DNA from: a virus
Length of the DNA: 64,000 nt
Virus record (IMG/VR): IMGVR_UViG_3300035187_002895
Coordinates: 5,480 to 69,479 of that record
Direction: 5' to 3' (one strand)
Part shown: positions 29,801 to 38,424 of the stretch, piece by piece
Numbering within the stretch: the stretch's first letter is position 1
Layout of the letters: each line of letters opens with the position of its first letter
Notes under the pieces: generated by a model
Seen by the model: the letters and a program-made list of their open reading frames with translations, nothing else
What the model was told of the DNA's origin: nothing
The model's database searches: none
Position numbers and translations under genes: made by a program

Positions 29801-32222
29801 ATAATTTATCGAAATCAAACCCTTCCGCCAAATTTTCGGTAGGCTTTTGATTTTTTGCAATGTCAATAAGAGTAGATTTTGTAGGCAGTTTTTTTATAAT
29901 TCTACCATCAAAAGTTTTTTGTTCTTCATAGAAGATATTACCATCTTTATCTGTAAGTGTAATGTCTGGTGAACCCGCACCTCTACCAACGTCTGTAATT
30001 GTATATTCAACACCTTCAATAACTACTTTTTTACCGATTGGGTTTTTAAGTTTTTCTTTTATACTTTCTTCTGTATCGTTAACTTTAGCCGCACTCTCTA
30101 CATCACTTAATGGAGGGGTTTCTGATACGGCAGGGGGCGTTACGGGTTTCGTTTCGGTTTCGGCCACAGGTTCCTCAACGGGGGCTTCCTCGGAGGGAAC
30201 GGTTTCGACTACCGCCTCTTCCTCAGCAGGAGCCACAGGACCCTCTTCCGCCACCACTTCCCCCTCCGCAGGAGCGGCCTCTATTGCGGCAATCTGTTCG
30301 TTCAGGTCCGCAAGGGCTTGGTCCGGCATTTCATATTCCACTATGGTTCGGTAGTTCTCGTCCTCAAGGTCCTCAAGGGTGATTTCCCCCGCCTGTATCC
30401 TTCTGATGTCGTCTTCCACTCCCGCCCTCCGCTCAGGGGAAAGGCTCTGTCCCTCTGACATAAAGTAATCTTCCAGTTCCTGTTCCGTAACAGGAGCGTA
30501 CTCCGTTTCAGGGGCCGTTTCAGGGGCCACAGGTGGAACGGGTGGAACGGGAGCCACAGGTGGTGGAACAGGGGCCGTTACAGGAGCCACAGGGGCCGCA
30601 ACGGGAGGAACCGCCCCGCTGGGGGGAGGGGGAGGTGTAGCCCCCGTTGGGGGAACTGCTTTGCCCCTTCTTTTCATTCCTATTGTCGCTATTGCGCCCA
30701 ATAACATACCCACTACCGACCCTGCATTTGCACTTTCAGGAATCCCTTCCGTCCAGTTTACTAAGTTTTTCTCAAGTTCTACTAACTGATTGTTTGTCAA
30801 ATTGCTGAACAACTGCTGAACAGCTTCTTGCCCCCCTTCATCAACCCCTTGGGAAAGGGCTATTACAGCCTTAATGGCAATCGTAGGATTGGTTACCCTT
30901 CCTATCCGTTCCGCCAAATTGGTCAATGGTAGGTTCTCCAATGGGGCCATAGCCAAAGCATTTGCAAGGGCTTGTTTAAAAGCCGTCTTGTCGGTTTCCC
31001 CTTTTGCCAACATATTCTCATATTCACTATTGAATACCTGAGAGAAGGCTACCATTGTAGGCTTGTTGAAAAGTTTTCCCAAAGAGGCTTTCCATATTCC
31101 AGGGTTTTTAGCAATTGATTGACTGGCCCCTCCCGGCCCTGCCGCAATCATAGACAATATTTGCCCAACCCCACTTCCTACATTGGCAGCAAGACCAGTT
31201 CTTTCCTTTTCCCCTATCCAAGTACGGGCAATTTCGCTATCATCAACCCATTTGTCGTATTTGTCGGCAAGTTTATATAACAGGTCATCTTCTACTTTTG
31301 TATTTATGCCCATTAAGTTCATGGCCCCAGCCCCTAATTCAGAAATAGTTTTGGCTATTGCAGAAGGGGTTTTAAAAATCGTTCGGTTAAACCCTGATGC
31401 AAAATCGCCCATTGCATCCATGGCTTTCTGACCAATTCCTTTAGACTCTTCCTTTTTCTTCTTTTCCAGTTCCGCCCCACTACCGCCCATAATAGCAGCC
31501 TGTTGGTCTTCGGGGGATAGGTTCTGAAACGATTCTTCGGCCTCTTTGAAAGGGAATATTAAGCCTTGTGGAGCCGCAGACCTTTGGCTTCTGGCCATAT
31601 CCGCAATTTCCTTATTTGCATATTCCCCAGCCTCCCTTTGCTTTTCTGTGTCATAAACAGATTCCGTTCCAAGTTGGGTTTTGGCCGTAACCAATGGATT
31701 GGCTTGGTCCATTTTCTCCCTTTCAGCAAGCACTCCCTTTGCCGCATTGTAATCAATGAAAACGGGAGACTTAGATGTTTGCTGTAGTTCCGCTTCGTTT
31801 TTGAATTGAACAAATGGCCTAAATTCAGGAGCCTGTTCCTGCGGAACCTCCACCTGTTCCCTCGTCAGGTCCGTCAAGGTCTGTGTGCCGGAAATGGGAA
31901 CCACTCCCAACCCGCCCTTTCGGGCCAACTCACGGGTTTGCTCCAAGGGCGTTAAGGGTTTCACCTCCTTTGCAGGAACCTTCTCAGGAACGGAAGGGGT
32001 CGTGATTTCAGGGGCGTACCGAAATAAAAAGTCATCGTTGTCCTTGGCCCATCCCCTCTTTACGGAAAGTTCTGATACCTTGTTTAGCAACTCAGGGTCG
32101 CCCAATAGCCGTTTCGTAAACCCTTGATAGGAGTATTTGCGTGTGGATTCTTTTGTAACGGGGTCCTTAAGCATTGCCCGATACAAGTTCTTCCTTTCTT
32201 CTCCGTCTATAATTTCAGCCAT
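26820..32222 (-). CDS. Giant polyvalent protein with DdrB-like ParB and ART-like domains
   Basis: 1800 aa; SHN...NDRDY...TPVVTTDGIVLDGNNRTM (ParB/DdrB-like); GEPLVLYHGT...GYFFT (ART-PolyVal-like); second degenerate ART-like block (GTYYAT...SNPYV...GYDSI...ELVVF); Pro/Glu-rich linkers. Confidence 0.7.
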   Translation of the reverse strand: MAEIIDGEERKNLYRAMLKDPVTKESTRKYSYQGFTKRLLGDPELLNKVSELSVKRGWAKDNDDFLFRYAPEITTPSVPEKVPAKEVKPLTPLEQTRELARKGGLGVVPISGTQTLTDLTREQVEVPQEQAPEFRPFVQFKNEAELQQTSKSPVFIDYNAAKGVLAEREKMDQANPLVTAKTQLGTESVYDTEKQREAGEYANKEIADMARSQRSAAPQGLIFPFKEAEESFQNLSPEDQQAAIMGGSGAELEKKKKEESKGIGQKAMDAMGDFASGFNRTIFKTPSAIAKTISELGAGAMNLMGINTKVEDDLLYKLADKYDKWVDDSEIARTWIGEKERTGLAANVGSGVGQILSMIAAGPGGASQSIAKNPGIWKASLGKLFNKPTMVAFSQVFNSEYENMLAKGETDKTAFKQALANALAMAPLENLPLTNLAERIGRVTNPTIAIKAVIALSQGVDEGGQEAVQQLFSNLTNNQLVELEKNLVNWTEGIPESANAGSVVGMLLGAIATIGMKRRGKAVPPTGATPPPPPSGAVPPVAAPVAPVTAPVPPPVAPVPPVPPVAPETAPETEYAPVTEQELEDYFMSEGQSLSPERRAGVEDDIRRIQAGEITLEDLEDENYRTIVEYEMPDQALADLNEQIAAIEAAPAEGEVVAEEGPVAPAEEEAVVETVPSEEAPVEEPVAETETKPVTPPAVSETPPLSDVESAAKVNDTEESIKEKLKNPIGKKVVIEGVEYTITDVGRGAGSPDITLTDKDGNIFYEEQKTFDGRIIKKLPTKSTLIDIAKNQKPTENLAEGFDFDKLFAEQAAETPEQKQKVIDDIREDEYQKSSFDKRWAKTYKEAKLKLVDQYNKAKAVKEEWEAKNYKSAGGKKVFVGGELEGNNVSIDAINQKRKNNAIKNAQSEMDSAKKDLVALGLSDKEIESLLSKEQTPPAAPATEVEPVGETGGAGTITNETPKEQVVKHLDSLDITRVEGLGMGQSQAEGTYYATEPNRYATEEKPAVSVKVKVSNPYVVTDDFGLVGLRNGILNENRNEFDQNDFENFDIPDGELSVDDLSDSGIAKLSKMTTDALRKEGYDSIYFPASDIQEGELVVFNKPKEKIGSPAYSKNKKSEGDTDTRTLGDGTKIKGTYKIVSSNDVLASHNEETFSQTPGFPTNPNGKTANDRDYKTDTQAQAQVQSIATTLDERAIDQTPVVTTDGIVLDGNNRTMSRKLASKLGTDKEYLDGLKRKLKRYGLPENALDGITNPMLVFELETPLPYTTETFALFNKQEKKEKGPIERAVEISKRASDRFKNILAQIYEEAEKPSEVSSDPKKITKIKALLQEEGILGSNEFPRYFNEDNTATKEGVSFLETLVLGAALDENTIRTLDNPGMGNVKNIILKSIIPLIRNSALGNDSLIPDIIEGIDYLSKAKSAKMSPVDMASQLSLGFSGVKPPSPEALMIALTLEGGFKDFLKNYNNSVGTTDIFRGEQTKGVIIEDNLKTKIKNYEQVRQNLRLSDSGTKGEVQEGIGGRKSEKGTAQTPLGKAEVTPPAPAAPETKPEGEGTKPAPKGPETKGGEGDFTAKGGNKVVNEKGEPLVLYHGTDKKFEKFSDEGLGYFFTTDKGTAEGYMKKYGSKDGYLKSVNVKISEPIIIDAKGKKWDDIEVETNQMTPQKVKLTTSQILQTVRGLRSPDIFTNLSFTNKKADGLIIKNVIDPLGGIGKPIDLYIPFETKQISELKSLAPTTQPSFTSKQEGNASTEFDGIKKPSKIKTKSFDNKYGNGAFERMQNITQNFEDIMDNLSDKIKQDCI

Positions 32223-32231
32223 TGTGTTCTT

Positions 32232-33842
32232 TTAAAATACCATAGGTTCTTCTTGGTCCCCCATCTTCTGTCCAGGAATGTCAAAAGTATCTACCTTCCT
32301 TTTTTCCATATTGATATGGGTCTTTATTACTCCACCATTCTTTTCAGGAATAAAAAGTCTCACAGTAGGAGCCGTTCTGAAAATAGGTTCATCCTTATTT
32401 TCACCTACTGGTGTTGCTATAGTGGCCGTAACATCATATCCAATTTGCTTGTTTACAAGATTGCCTTTCCCTTTTCGTATCAATCCAATGGCTGTTGTAT
32501 TGTCCAAAGGGGTTCCTTTCTTCACCGTATAAAGCGGCTGTGGTTTTCCTCCTACTGCGTTTGCAGGTTTGCCCCCAAAGAAATTAATGTCTTCTTTAGC
32601 AAAGTACATTTCACTTTTAATCGGGTCTGAATACTTAAACCCGGATTTTAAGGTGTAAGTACCATCGGGCCGTTGTGATACTATTTTTTGAGTATCAGGG
32701 TCTTTTGGTGATTGCAACAGGTAAACAGCAACGCCAGCGGGGTGATTGTATTGCTTAGAATATGTAAATACTCTATCTGTGGGCGAACCAATAGTGGCTT
32801 GTTGTTTATCCTCTGCTCCTTGTTGATTTGTTACAGGGAACTCAATACTCCTTATTCCAATTGGTTGCTCAATGTCTATTGGAGTTTTTCCTCCTCCTTT
32901 CCCTCCTTTCCGTCCCTGTTCCAAGGACCGAACATATTGCGTTTGGCCCTTGTAATTGGCAAACACTTGGTCATAAAAGGCTTGCTTGGCCTCCTTGTTC
33001 TGTTCCTCCACCGTCAAGGCCGCAAAAGCGGGGTCCTTTTGATTGGCCGTTACCATTTGCATAACAGCTCTGTCCCGTATCTTTCTCGCTATCGGTTCCC
33101 CCTCAAATATCTGGTCGGCCCTGTTTATGTCCACAGGTCCCGCCATAAAAGCGTCCCCTGTCGCCACCGTTCCCTTCACCCTTTTGGGAATGAAAACATC
33201 GTAATACTCAGATTTTGTTTTCTGGCGGTCACGGGTTTCTATTTCTTCAGACTTGGGCTTCGATTTGCCTATCATCGTTTGCCCAAGACGGCCAAGGTTT
33301 ACATTGTTTATGTCCCCCAAGGCTTGGTCCAATATCTGTTCTGAATCGGATTCCTGAAAGAACTGTGAGTTCCTTATCGGGGAACTTTGGTAACGGGTGG
33401 CCAAATGGCTTCCAATAAGGCCGGGGTTTACGGATACGCCATAGGTTTCGGCCTGTTTCTTCATGTCGTCTATTTCCTTGCTCCTTTGGGTGGCAAAATT
33501 GTTCCGGGTTTCGTTCTCCGTTTTGGTTATGGCCCCCATCTGATACAGGTCAGCATTTGGAACATTCGGGTTCCCAGCCATTTGGGTCATGTCCGAAAGG
33601 TCTTTGTTTTGCATATCCCGAAGGATGTCGCTGTAATAGTTTCCTGCTATTCCGGGAAGGGCCGATATGGAAGCCTTGTTTCGCTCCTGTTGCTTCTTGT
33701 ATTCAAGGTCGGCCAACTTTGCAGCCCTCTGTGCCTCCAAAGCCGCATAGCGGTCCTGCCGCCTTTTGAAGTCAGTCATGTAGGGCAATATCTCGTTCCG
33801 TAGAACGGGGATGCCAATGGTTCCTGCTGTTTCTTGTGCCAT
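32232..33842 (-). CDS. Putative internal virion protein
   Basis: 536 aa, Q/K-rich, directly upstream of the giant proteins. Confidence 0.55.
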   Translation of the reverse strand: MAQETAGTIGIPVLRNEILPYMTDFKRRQDRYAALEAQRAAKLADLEYKKQQERNKASISALPGIAGNYYSDILRDMQNKDLSDMTQMAGNPNVPNADLYQMGAITKTENETRNNFATQRSKEIDDMKKQAETYGVSVNPGLIGSHLATRYQSSPIRNSQFFQESDSEQILDQALGDINNVNLGRLGQTMIGKSKPKSEEIETRDRQKTKSEYYDVFIPKRVKGTVATGDAFMAGPVDINRADQIFEGEPIARKIRDRAVMQMVTANQKDPAFAALTVEEQNKEAKQAFYDQVFANYKGQTQYVRSLEQGRKGGKGGGKTPIDIEQPIGIRSIEFPVTNQQGAEDKQQATIGSPTDRVFTYSKQYNHPAGVAVYLLQSPKDPDTQKIVSQRPDGTYTLKSGFKYSDPIKSEMYFAKEDINFFGGKPANAVGGKPQPLYTVKKGTPLDNTTAIGLIRKGKGNLVNKQIGYDVTATIATPVGENKDEPIFRTAPTVRLFIPEKNGGVIKTHINMEKRKVDTFDIPGQKMGDQEEPMVF

Positions 33843-33845
33843 GTT

Positions 33846-34583
33846 TTACCCGTGTCTGTATCCTCTGATGCGTTCAAATATTTTCACAATCGTTGGAATC
33901 TTCATTCTGTATATCGATTCCAAAGCAAACTTATATTCCTTTTCGTATTCGATTTTACTCACTTGCCACCTTGAATCCCCCTTGTAAAAGTAGTACCAAT
34001 AGTTCATCCAATGTTTCAAAGCCATGATGAACCAGGGGTGGATACAGGTTTCGTCTGAGGGCGTTACACAATTTGTATAATACCGCAAATATATGTTCTT
34101 GAACCGAAATGTGGGACTGGTTATCATTATTCGTTTCTCAGGGTCTATCTGAATGTCCCCGTAATCGCCCCCGTTGCCGTAGGCATCTATCCCTCCTGAT
34201 GTGGCCCATCCCATTCCGTATCCGTAAAGCCCTCCCCAATACCAAATGTTGTTAAATGTGCTTTGTATAAGGGGCGGGATTTCAGGTTGGTACTTATGGG
34301 AAGTGAGGCGGTTGTTTATGGCCAGTCCCTTTACATAGTGGCCTATCTGCGTTCCTACGCTTACATAGTCGTAGTAGTCGTTGGGAAGCCTTACAATGTT
34401 GTATCCTGTGCTTTCAAGTTGGATGCAGATTTCCTTGTCCCTGTCGGGAATGGTGGTTTTCACATCCTTTTGCATTTGTCGAACATAGTCCAGGGCCCAT
34501 GACAAAAAGTTATACTCCATGTTGGCAGGTGCGCCAAGCTCCTCCATTTTTGTTCCCACTATGCTCTGTACGGTGTCTAACAT
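33846..34583 (-). CDS. Putative tail ring/tubular protein
   Basis: 245 aa with VRLPNDYYDYVSVG, typical of crAss ring / tail tubular A-like proteins. Confidence 0.6.
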   Translation of the reverse strand: MLDTVQSIVGTKMEELGAPANMEYNFLSWALDYVRQMQKDVKTTIPDRDKEICIQLESTGYNIVRLPNDYYDYVSVGTQIGHYVKGLAINNRLTSHKYQPEIPPLIQSTFNNIWYWGGLYGYGMGWATSGGIDAYGNGGDYGDIQIDPEKRIMITSPTFRFKNIYLRYYTNCVTPSDETCIHPWFIMALKHWMNYWYYFYKGDSRWQVSKIEYEKEYKFALESIYRMKIPTIVKIFERIRGYRHG

Positions 34584-34585
34584 TG

Positions 34586-35215
34586 TTATTGCTGATTAGG
34601 GTTTGCGTCCGATACCATATCCGCCCTGCGGCCATAACGCTGCATCATGTAGGGCATCACCTTATTGATAACAAGCAACGCCTGAGCCTCGTTCAGGGTG
34701 GCATCGTTGGCTACGGCTTGCGTTACTACTATTGTCTTGATTTTTATGGGGTTGTTACAGGCCGGAAGAATGTAAACAAACTTGTTGGCAAGGCTGTAAA
34801 AGTAGTTTCCCGCAAACTTAATTGTGGTTCCCCCTCTGATGTTTTCGTAGTTCTCAAGGCTTATGAAAGCAATTTGCTTCCGTCCCTTGTAGTCAAAGTC
34901 CCCAACAGCCACCCTCACAACGCCCCTGTTTTTCGGTAGGGGAATGTAATTGGAAGCCAAGGAAGCATACACATACCCCATATTGTCGGTATGTGGTGCA
35001 GGAAAGATTAAGGGAAGGGGATAGTTCACAAGCCATTGGCCGTTTACGGTGGATTGGTTCTCGGCCTTGTAGTTCTCAAAGTATTCCTGACGGCCCACTT
35101 CGGCAGCAGCCTCCCTTACCAATGCCTCCACTTCACGGACATCTATCCCTTCCGTTGTCGGCCTCCCTGCCGTAAACATCAGAACTATCTGATTGGCTAA
35201 ATAATTAATGTCCAT
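34586..35215 (-). CDS. Putative tail ring protein
   Basis: 209 aa in a run of three similarly sized structural genes. Confidence 0.55.
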   Translation of the reverse strand: MDINYLANQIVLMFTAGRPTTEGIDVREVEALVREAAAEVGRQEYFENYKAENQSTVNGQWLVNYPLPLIFPAPHTDNMGYVYASLASNYIPLPKNRGVVRVAVGDFDYKGRKQIAFISLENYENIRGGTTIKFAGNYFYSLANKFVYILPACNNPIKIKTIVVTQAVANDATLNEAQALLVINKVMPYMMQRYGRRADMVSDANPNQQ

Positions 35216-35216
35216 G

Positions 35217-35918
35217 TTACAATATTTTGTCGTTCATGGCATTTCCGGATTGCACCAGAACACCATTTGAAAGATTGAATCCAAGGGCCGATATGGTTCC
35301 GTAAACAAGGTTGTCAAGTTTGTCCTCCGTCCAGTCTATGTCCTCAACAGGACCAGACCCGTCACCATTCAGTATCGTAGGGTAAACAGTCCCATTGTCC
35401 TCAAATGTAAACGAAACAGGAGAAGGCAAGGTGAGAACCCGTGCGTTTGCCCTCACCCCAACAGGAGCCACTTCAAATTGAAGCAGTCCCGCCATTCTCC
35501 CCAAGGGACGCTTCTGAATGGGAGGAACCACAGGGTTCTCCTTTAGCATCAAAAACTGATTGTCAGGGACAATGTTCACAGGGTAGTACGGGCCGTTCTG
35601 TTCATAGTTCACCTCCAAGGAAAGGACAAGGTCCACATTTCTGCTTCCCCCGTCAATGGTGTAAATGTTCCCCACAGGAGTGATGGAAAAGACACGGTAT
35701 AGTTCCGAAATGGCATCCGCTGAAGCGGTGGTTACTTCGGGGTAAACGGACGAAGAAGGACGGCCCGGTGCGTATTGAGCAAGGTTCCCCCTCAGGCGTT
35801 TGTAGAGGTCAAGGGAGGTGATATTGATGGCGTTCTGTATCTCCTCCGCTGTCTTGTAGTAACCCCCTGCGTTCAGGTAGGTTAGGACAGTTGTGATAAG
35901 GCGTTCAATGGTGTTCAT
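35217..35918 (-). CDS. Putative tail ring protein
   Basis: 233 aa; LNAGGYYKTAEEIQNAIN N-terminus similar to crAss-like ring proteins. Confidence 0.55.
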   Translation of the reverse strand: MNTIERLITTVLTYLNAGGYYKTAEEIQNAINITSLDLYKRLRGNLAQYAPGRPSSSVYPEVTTASADAISELYRVFSITPVGNIYTIDGGSRNVDLVLSLEVNYEQNGPYYPVNIVPDNQFLMLKENPVVPPIQKRPLGRMAGLLQFEVAPVGVRANARVLTLPSPVSFTFEDNGTVYPTILNGDGSGPVEDIDWTEDKLDNLVYGTISALGFNLSNGVLVQSGNAMNDKIL

Positions 35919-35997
35919 TGTGGCCGCAAGTTACGAATATTGAAAGAATTATTTGTTCCAATTTTTTTTGTAGCGCATTTCCATAGGGGAATTGTTT

Positions 35998-36005
35998 TAC
36001 ATTTG
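35998..36005 (+). promoter_or_regulatory. Bacteroidota-type -7 promoter box
   Basis: TACATTTG (TAnnTTTG) 4 nt before the ATG of the plus-strand island. Confidence 0.5.
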
Positions 36006-36009
36006 CCGA

Positions 36010-36726
36010 ATGGAAAATAACAAAATTGTACTCCATGGAATACATTGTTTACTTGGAGATTCAGACATAACCACTCATATTCAAAATCACGGAACCTTAA
36101 AATGGGATGAACCGTTTTCTTTAATAACCCAAATATTGGGTAAGGGCAATGGACGGGTTATGGCCGACATAGGGGCGTATATAGGAGATAGTGTAAAATG
36201 GTTTATTGATGACGGATGGGATTGCCATGCTTTTGAGCCTCAAAAAGATGCTTATGAATGTTTGGTCTTAAATGTTGGCAATGATTGTAAAACCTACAAT
36301 ATTCCAATAGGGTCTTCTCAATTGGTCAGTATGTATGCCCAAACCGAAGGAAATCTTGGAGCAAGAAGCTTAGATTTGGGAGGCGAAATTTCTGCGGTGG
36401 AATTGGATTCAATAATGGACAAAGTGGATTTCATAAAAATAGATGCCGAAGGTTTTGAGCCATTTATTTTGGAAGGTAGTAAAATCCTTTTGTCAAAAAA
36501 ACCAATAGTTGCAATTGAAATAAATCATGTAGGGCTTGCTAAATATGGATTTGTGGAAAATGATATTTTCAAGTATTTTGATAATTACATAGCCATAGAA
36601 ACATATTTTTATGCAGACTACCAATATGATGTTTTGTTGATTCCTATTGAGAAATATGAAGAATACAAAAAGATCCTTCTTGCAGCCCCTTTTTGCAATC
36701 TTAAATTACGCCATATTACTTTATGA
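36010..36726 (+). CDS. FkbM-family SAM-dependent methyltransferase
   Basis: ADIGAYIG, HAFEP and VDFIKIDAEGFE motifs; likely start MENNK at 36010. Confidence 0.85.
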   Translation: MENNKIVLHGIHCLLGDSDITTHIQNHGTLKWDEPFSLITQILGKGNGRVMADIGAYIGDSVKWFIDDGWDCHAFEPQKDAYECLVLNVGNDCKTYNIPIGSSQLVSMYAQTEGNLGARSLDLGGEISAVELDSIMDKVDFIKIDAEGFEPFILEGSKILLSKKPIVAIEINHVGLAKYGFVENDIFKYFDNYIAIETYFYADYQYDVLLIPIEKYEEYKKILLAAPFCNLKLRHITL

Positions 36727-37028
36727 AAATTCACATAATACTTGGACGATTCGGGGACATTTACATGGTGTGCAAGCAGCTAAAGCAGCCGTCCACCATT
36801 GCCTGCCTTGAAGAGTTTTCTCAAATAGTAGAAGAATTGTTTCCCCAACACACTTGTATTAAACTTACCAATCTGCCAATAAATAACCCATTTATGGCAC
36901 AACAAATCCTTTCGCTGTCCCATCCCTTTCACGATATTGTAGTATGCCAGCAAGACGGTACTCCCTTGGAAAACATGAAGGAATTTAGAACATTTCAAAC
37001 CTACCAAGAACACTATGCTTCCATTTAA
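36723..37028 (+). CDS. Glycosyltransferase-like N-terminal fragment / hypothetical
   Basis: LGRFGDIYM resembles the GT9-type N-terminal motif; only 101 aa. Confidence 0.45.
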   Translation: MKIHIILGRFGDIYMVCKQLKQPSTIACLEEFSQIVEELFPQHTCIKLTNLPINNPFMAQQILSLSHPFHDIVVCQQDGTPLENMKEFRTFQTYQEHYASI

Positions 37029-38058
37029 AAAGGCAATTATAAATCTGGATGGCCATAGCAGTAAAATATTGGACATTCAAGAAATAAAAATCAACATAGT
37101 GGCTGTGCTTAAAATGCTTGGATTGCCATACGAAATATACAAGCCGCACAAAAAAGGATTTCGGGTTTTACAAGAAGAAATGAACAGGCCCGATACGCTA
37201 TACATTCTCAATGATAGTCTTCAATACCACCTTTGCGAAAAGCCGTGCATATTGATTACCAGAAGCATTCCTTGGGTTCAATCTGCCCCCAAGCCCAACA
37301 CAATCGGGGTGATTACTCAGGAAATGATGCTTACCAATCGTTCTTTTCTCATGGCTTTAATTTATAGAAATCAGCCAGTAAGGGGTTTCTATAACAAATA
37401 TGCAGCAAGAACCTATTTGGTTGCCAATGATTATTTCAGTTCCAATATGGATGTCATGCACCGCAACTCAATGGCTATGATTACTTGGAATCATGTGTCT
37501 AAAAAAGACATTCATTTTTCGTCAAGTTTTCATGTTAGCGATGGGCTGCCGTTTGTAAATGATATTTTGAAAGAAGGGTTGTCGTTATTGTCCCATCCTG
37601 ACGACCTTTTGATTATTACCAATCGGGATATTTGCCTTGTCAATGAATCCACCGCAATCATACGGGCTTATATGGATAGCTTAAATCTTTCTTGTTGTTA
37701 TGCAAAAAGGGTTGATTTGCCTGAAATTCCATTCCCTCTTTCCTTTTCTCAAATTCAATCCCATCCACAAGCACCCGGTATTGATTTGTTTGTTTTCCGA
37801 AAGGAGGCTTTGTGCATTCCAGAATTGATAGAAACAAAGCTTTATCTTGGAAGAGTTGGCTGGGATAGTTTTTGGGCCGACCGTGTCCAATACGAATTGC
37901 CATTTAAAATATGCTATCACCAAATGCATAGTTCAGATTGGACAACTGAAAAGGGCGAAAAAGAAAACGCTCATAATATTTGTATTATCAGCCAAGCCTT
38001 GGTGGATTTTCAGGTTTCTTGTAATGAAAAAGGGCCGTACTATACCAAAAACATATAA
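37015..38058 (+). CDS. Putative glycosyltransferase-like protein
   Basis: LPFVNDIL...IITNRDICL...GIDLFVF...LGRVGWD...YHQMH pattern of GT-A-like nucleotide-sugar enzymes. Confidence 0.5.
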   Translation: MLPFKKAIINLDGHSSKILDIQEIKINIVAVLKMLGLPYEIYKPHKKGFRVLQEEMNRPDTLYILNDSLQYHLCEKPCILITRSIPWVQSAPKPNTIGVITQEMMLTNRSFLMALIYRNQPVRGFYNKYAARTYLVANDYFSSNMDVMHRNSMAMITWNHVSKKDIHFSSSFHVSDGLPFVNDILKEGLSLLSHPDDLLIITNRDICLVNESTAIIRAYMDSLNLSCCYAKRVDLPEIPFPLSFSQIQSHPQAPGIDLFVFRKEALCIPELIETKLYLGRVGWDSFWADRVQYELPFKICYHQMHSSDWTTEKGEKENAHNICIISQALVDFQVSCNEKGPYYTKNI

Positions 38059-38060
38059 AC

Positions 38061-38101
38061 CAAAAAAGCCACTCCCTTTTGAGAAGTGGCATTGTTTTTT
38101 T
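38061..38101. terminator. Bidirectional terminator between convergent genes
   Basis: A6-GCCACT...AGTGGC-T-rich. Confidence 0.65.
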
Positions 38102-38112
38102 GTCCTTTTATT

Positions 38113-38355
38113 TTAGGATACGGTAGAGGCTCCGGCTGCGGTACGGATATTTGCTATTGAATGCTTTACCAAAGCAACACCGACTGTACCATTTAGATTT
38201 TCGTAATCAAATTTAGACCAAGTGGCAACCCCGGATTGTGAACCCAAAGTTGGCCAATTGATGTTGTCTGTGTTGTATGTAACCAAAACAGAACCACCAG
38301 TAACAGGAGCACCAGAAATAGGGCTTACTGTAGAAAACATATTAAGGAGAGGCAT
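38113..38355 (-). CDS. Small hypothetical (possibly structural) protein
   Basis: ORF 38113..38388, likely start MPLLNM at 38355. Confidence 0.5.
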   Translation of the reverse strand: MPLLNMFSTVSPISGAPVTGGSVLVTYNTDNINWPTLGSQSGVATWSKFDYENLNGTVGVALVKHSIANIRTAAGASTVS

Positions 38356-38424
38356 TTTAGAAATGTTTAATGTTTTTGTGAAGCCCAAAATTACGAAAAA
38401 TCAAAATATCTCTTAAGTTTTTTT

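Noticed and set aside
20315-32222. Virion RNA polymerase subunits as in crAssphage
   Set aside because: No catalytic DxDxD/DFDxD motif seen; the recognisable domains are ParB-like and ART-like.
8-35683. Numerous plus-strand ORFs of 60-300 aa in the structural region
   Set aside because: Antisense shadows of long minus-strand genes, without motifs or start context.
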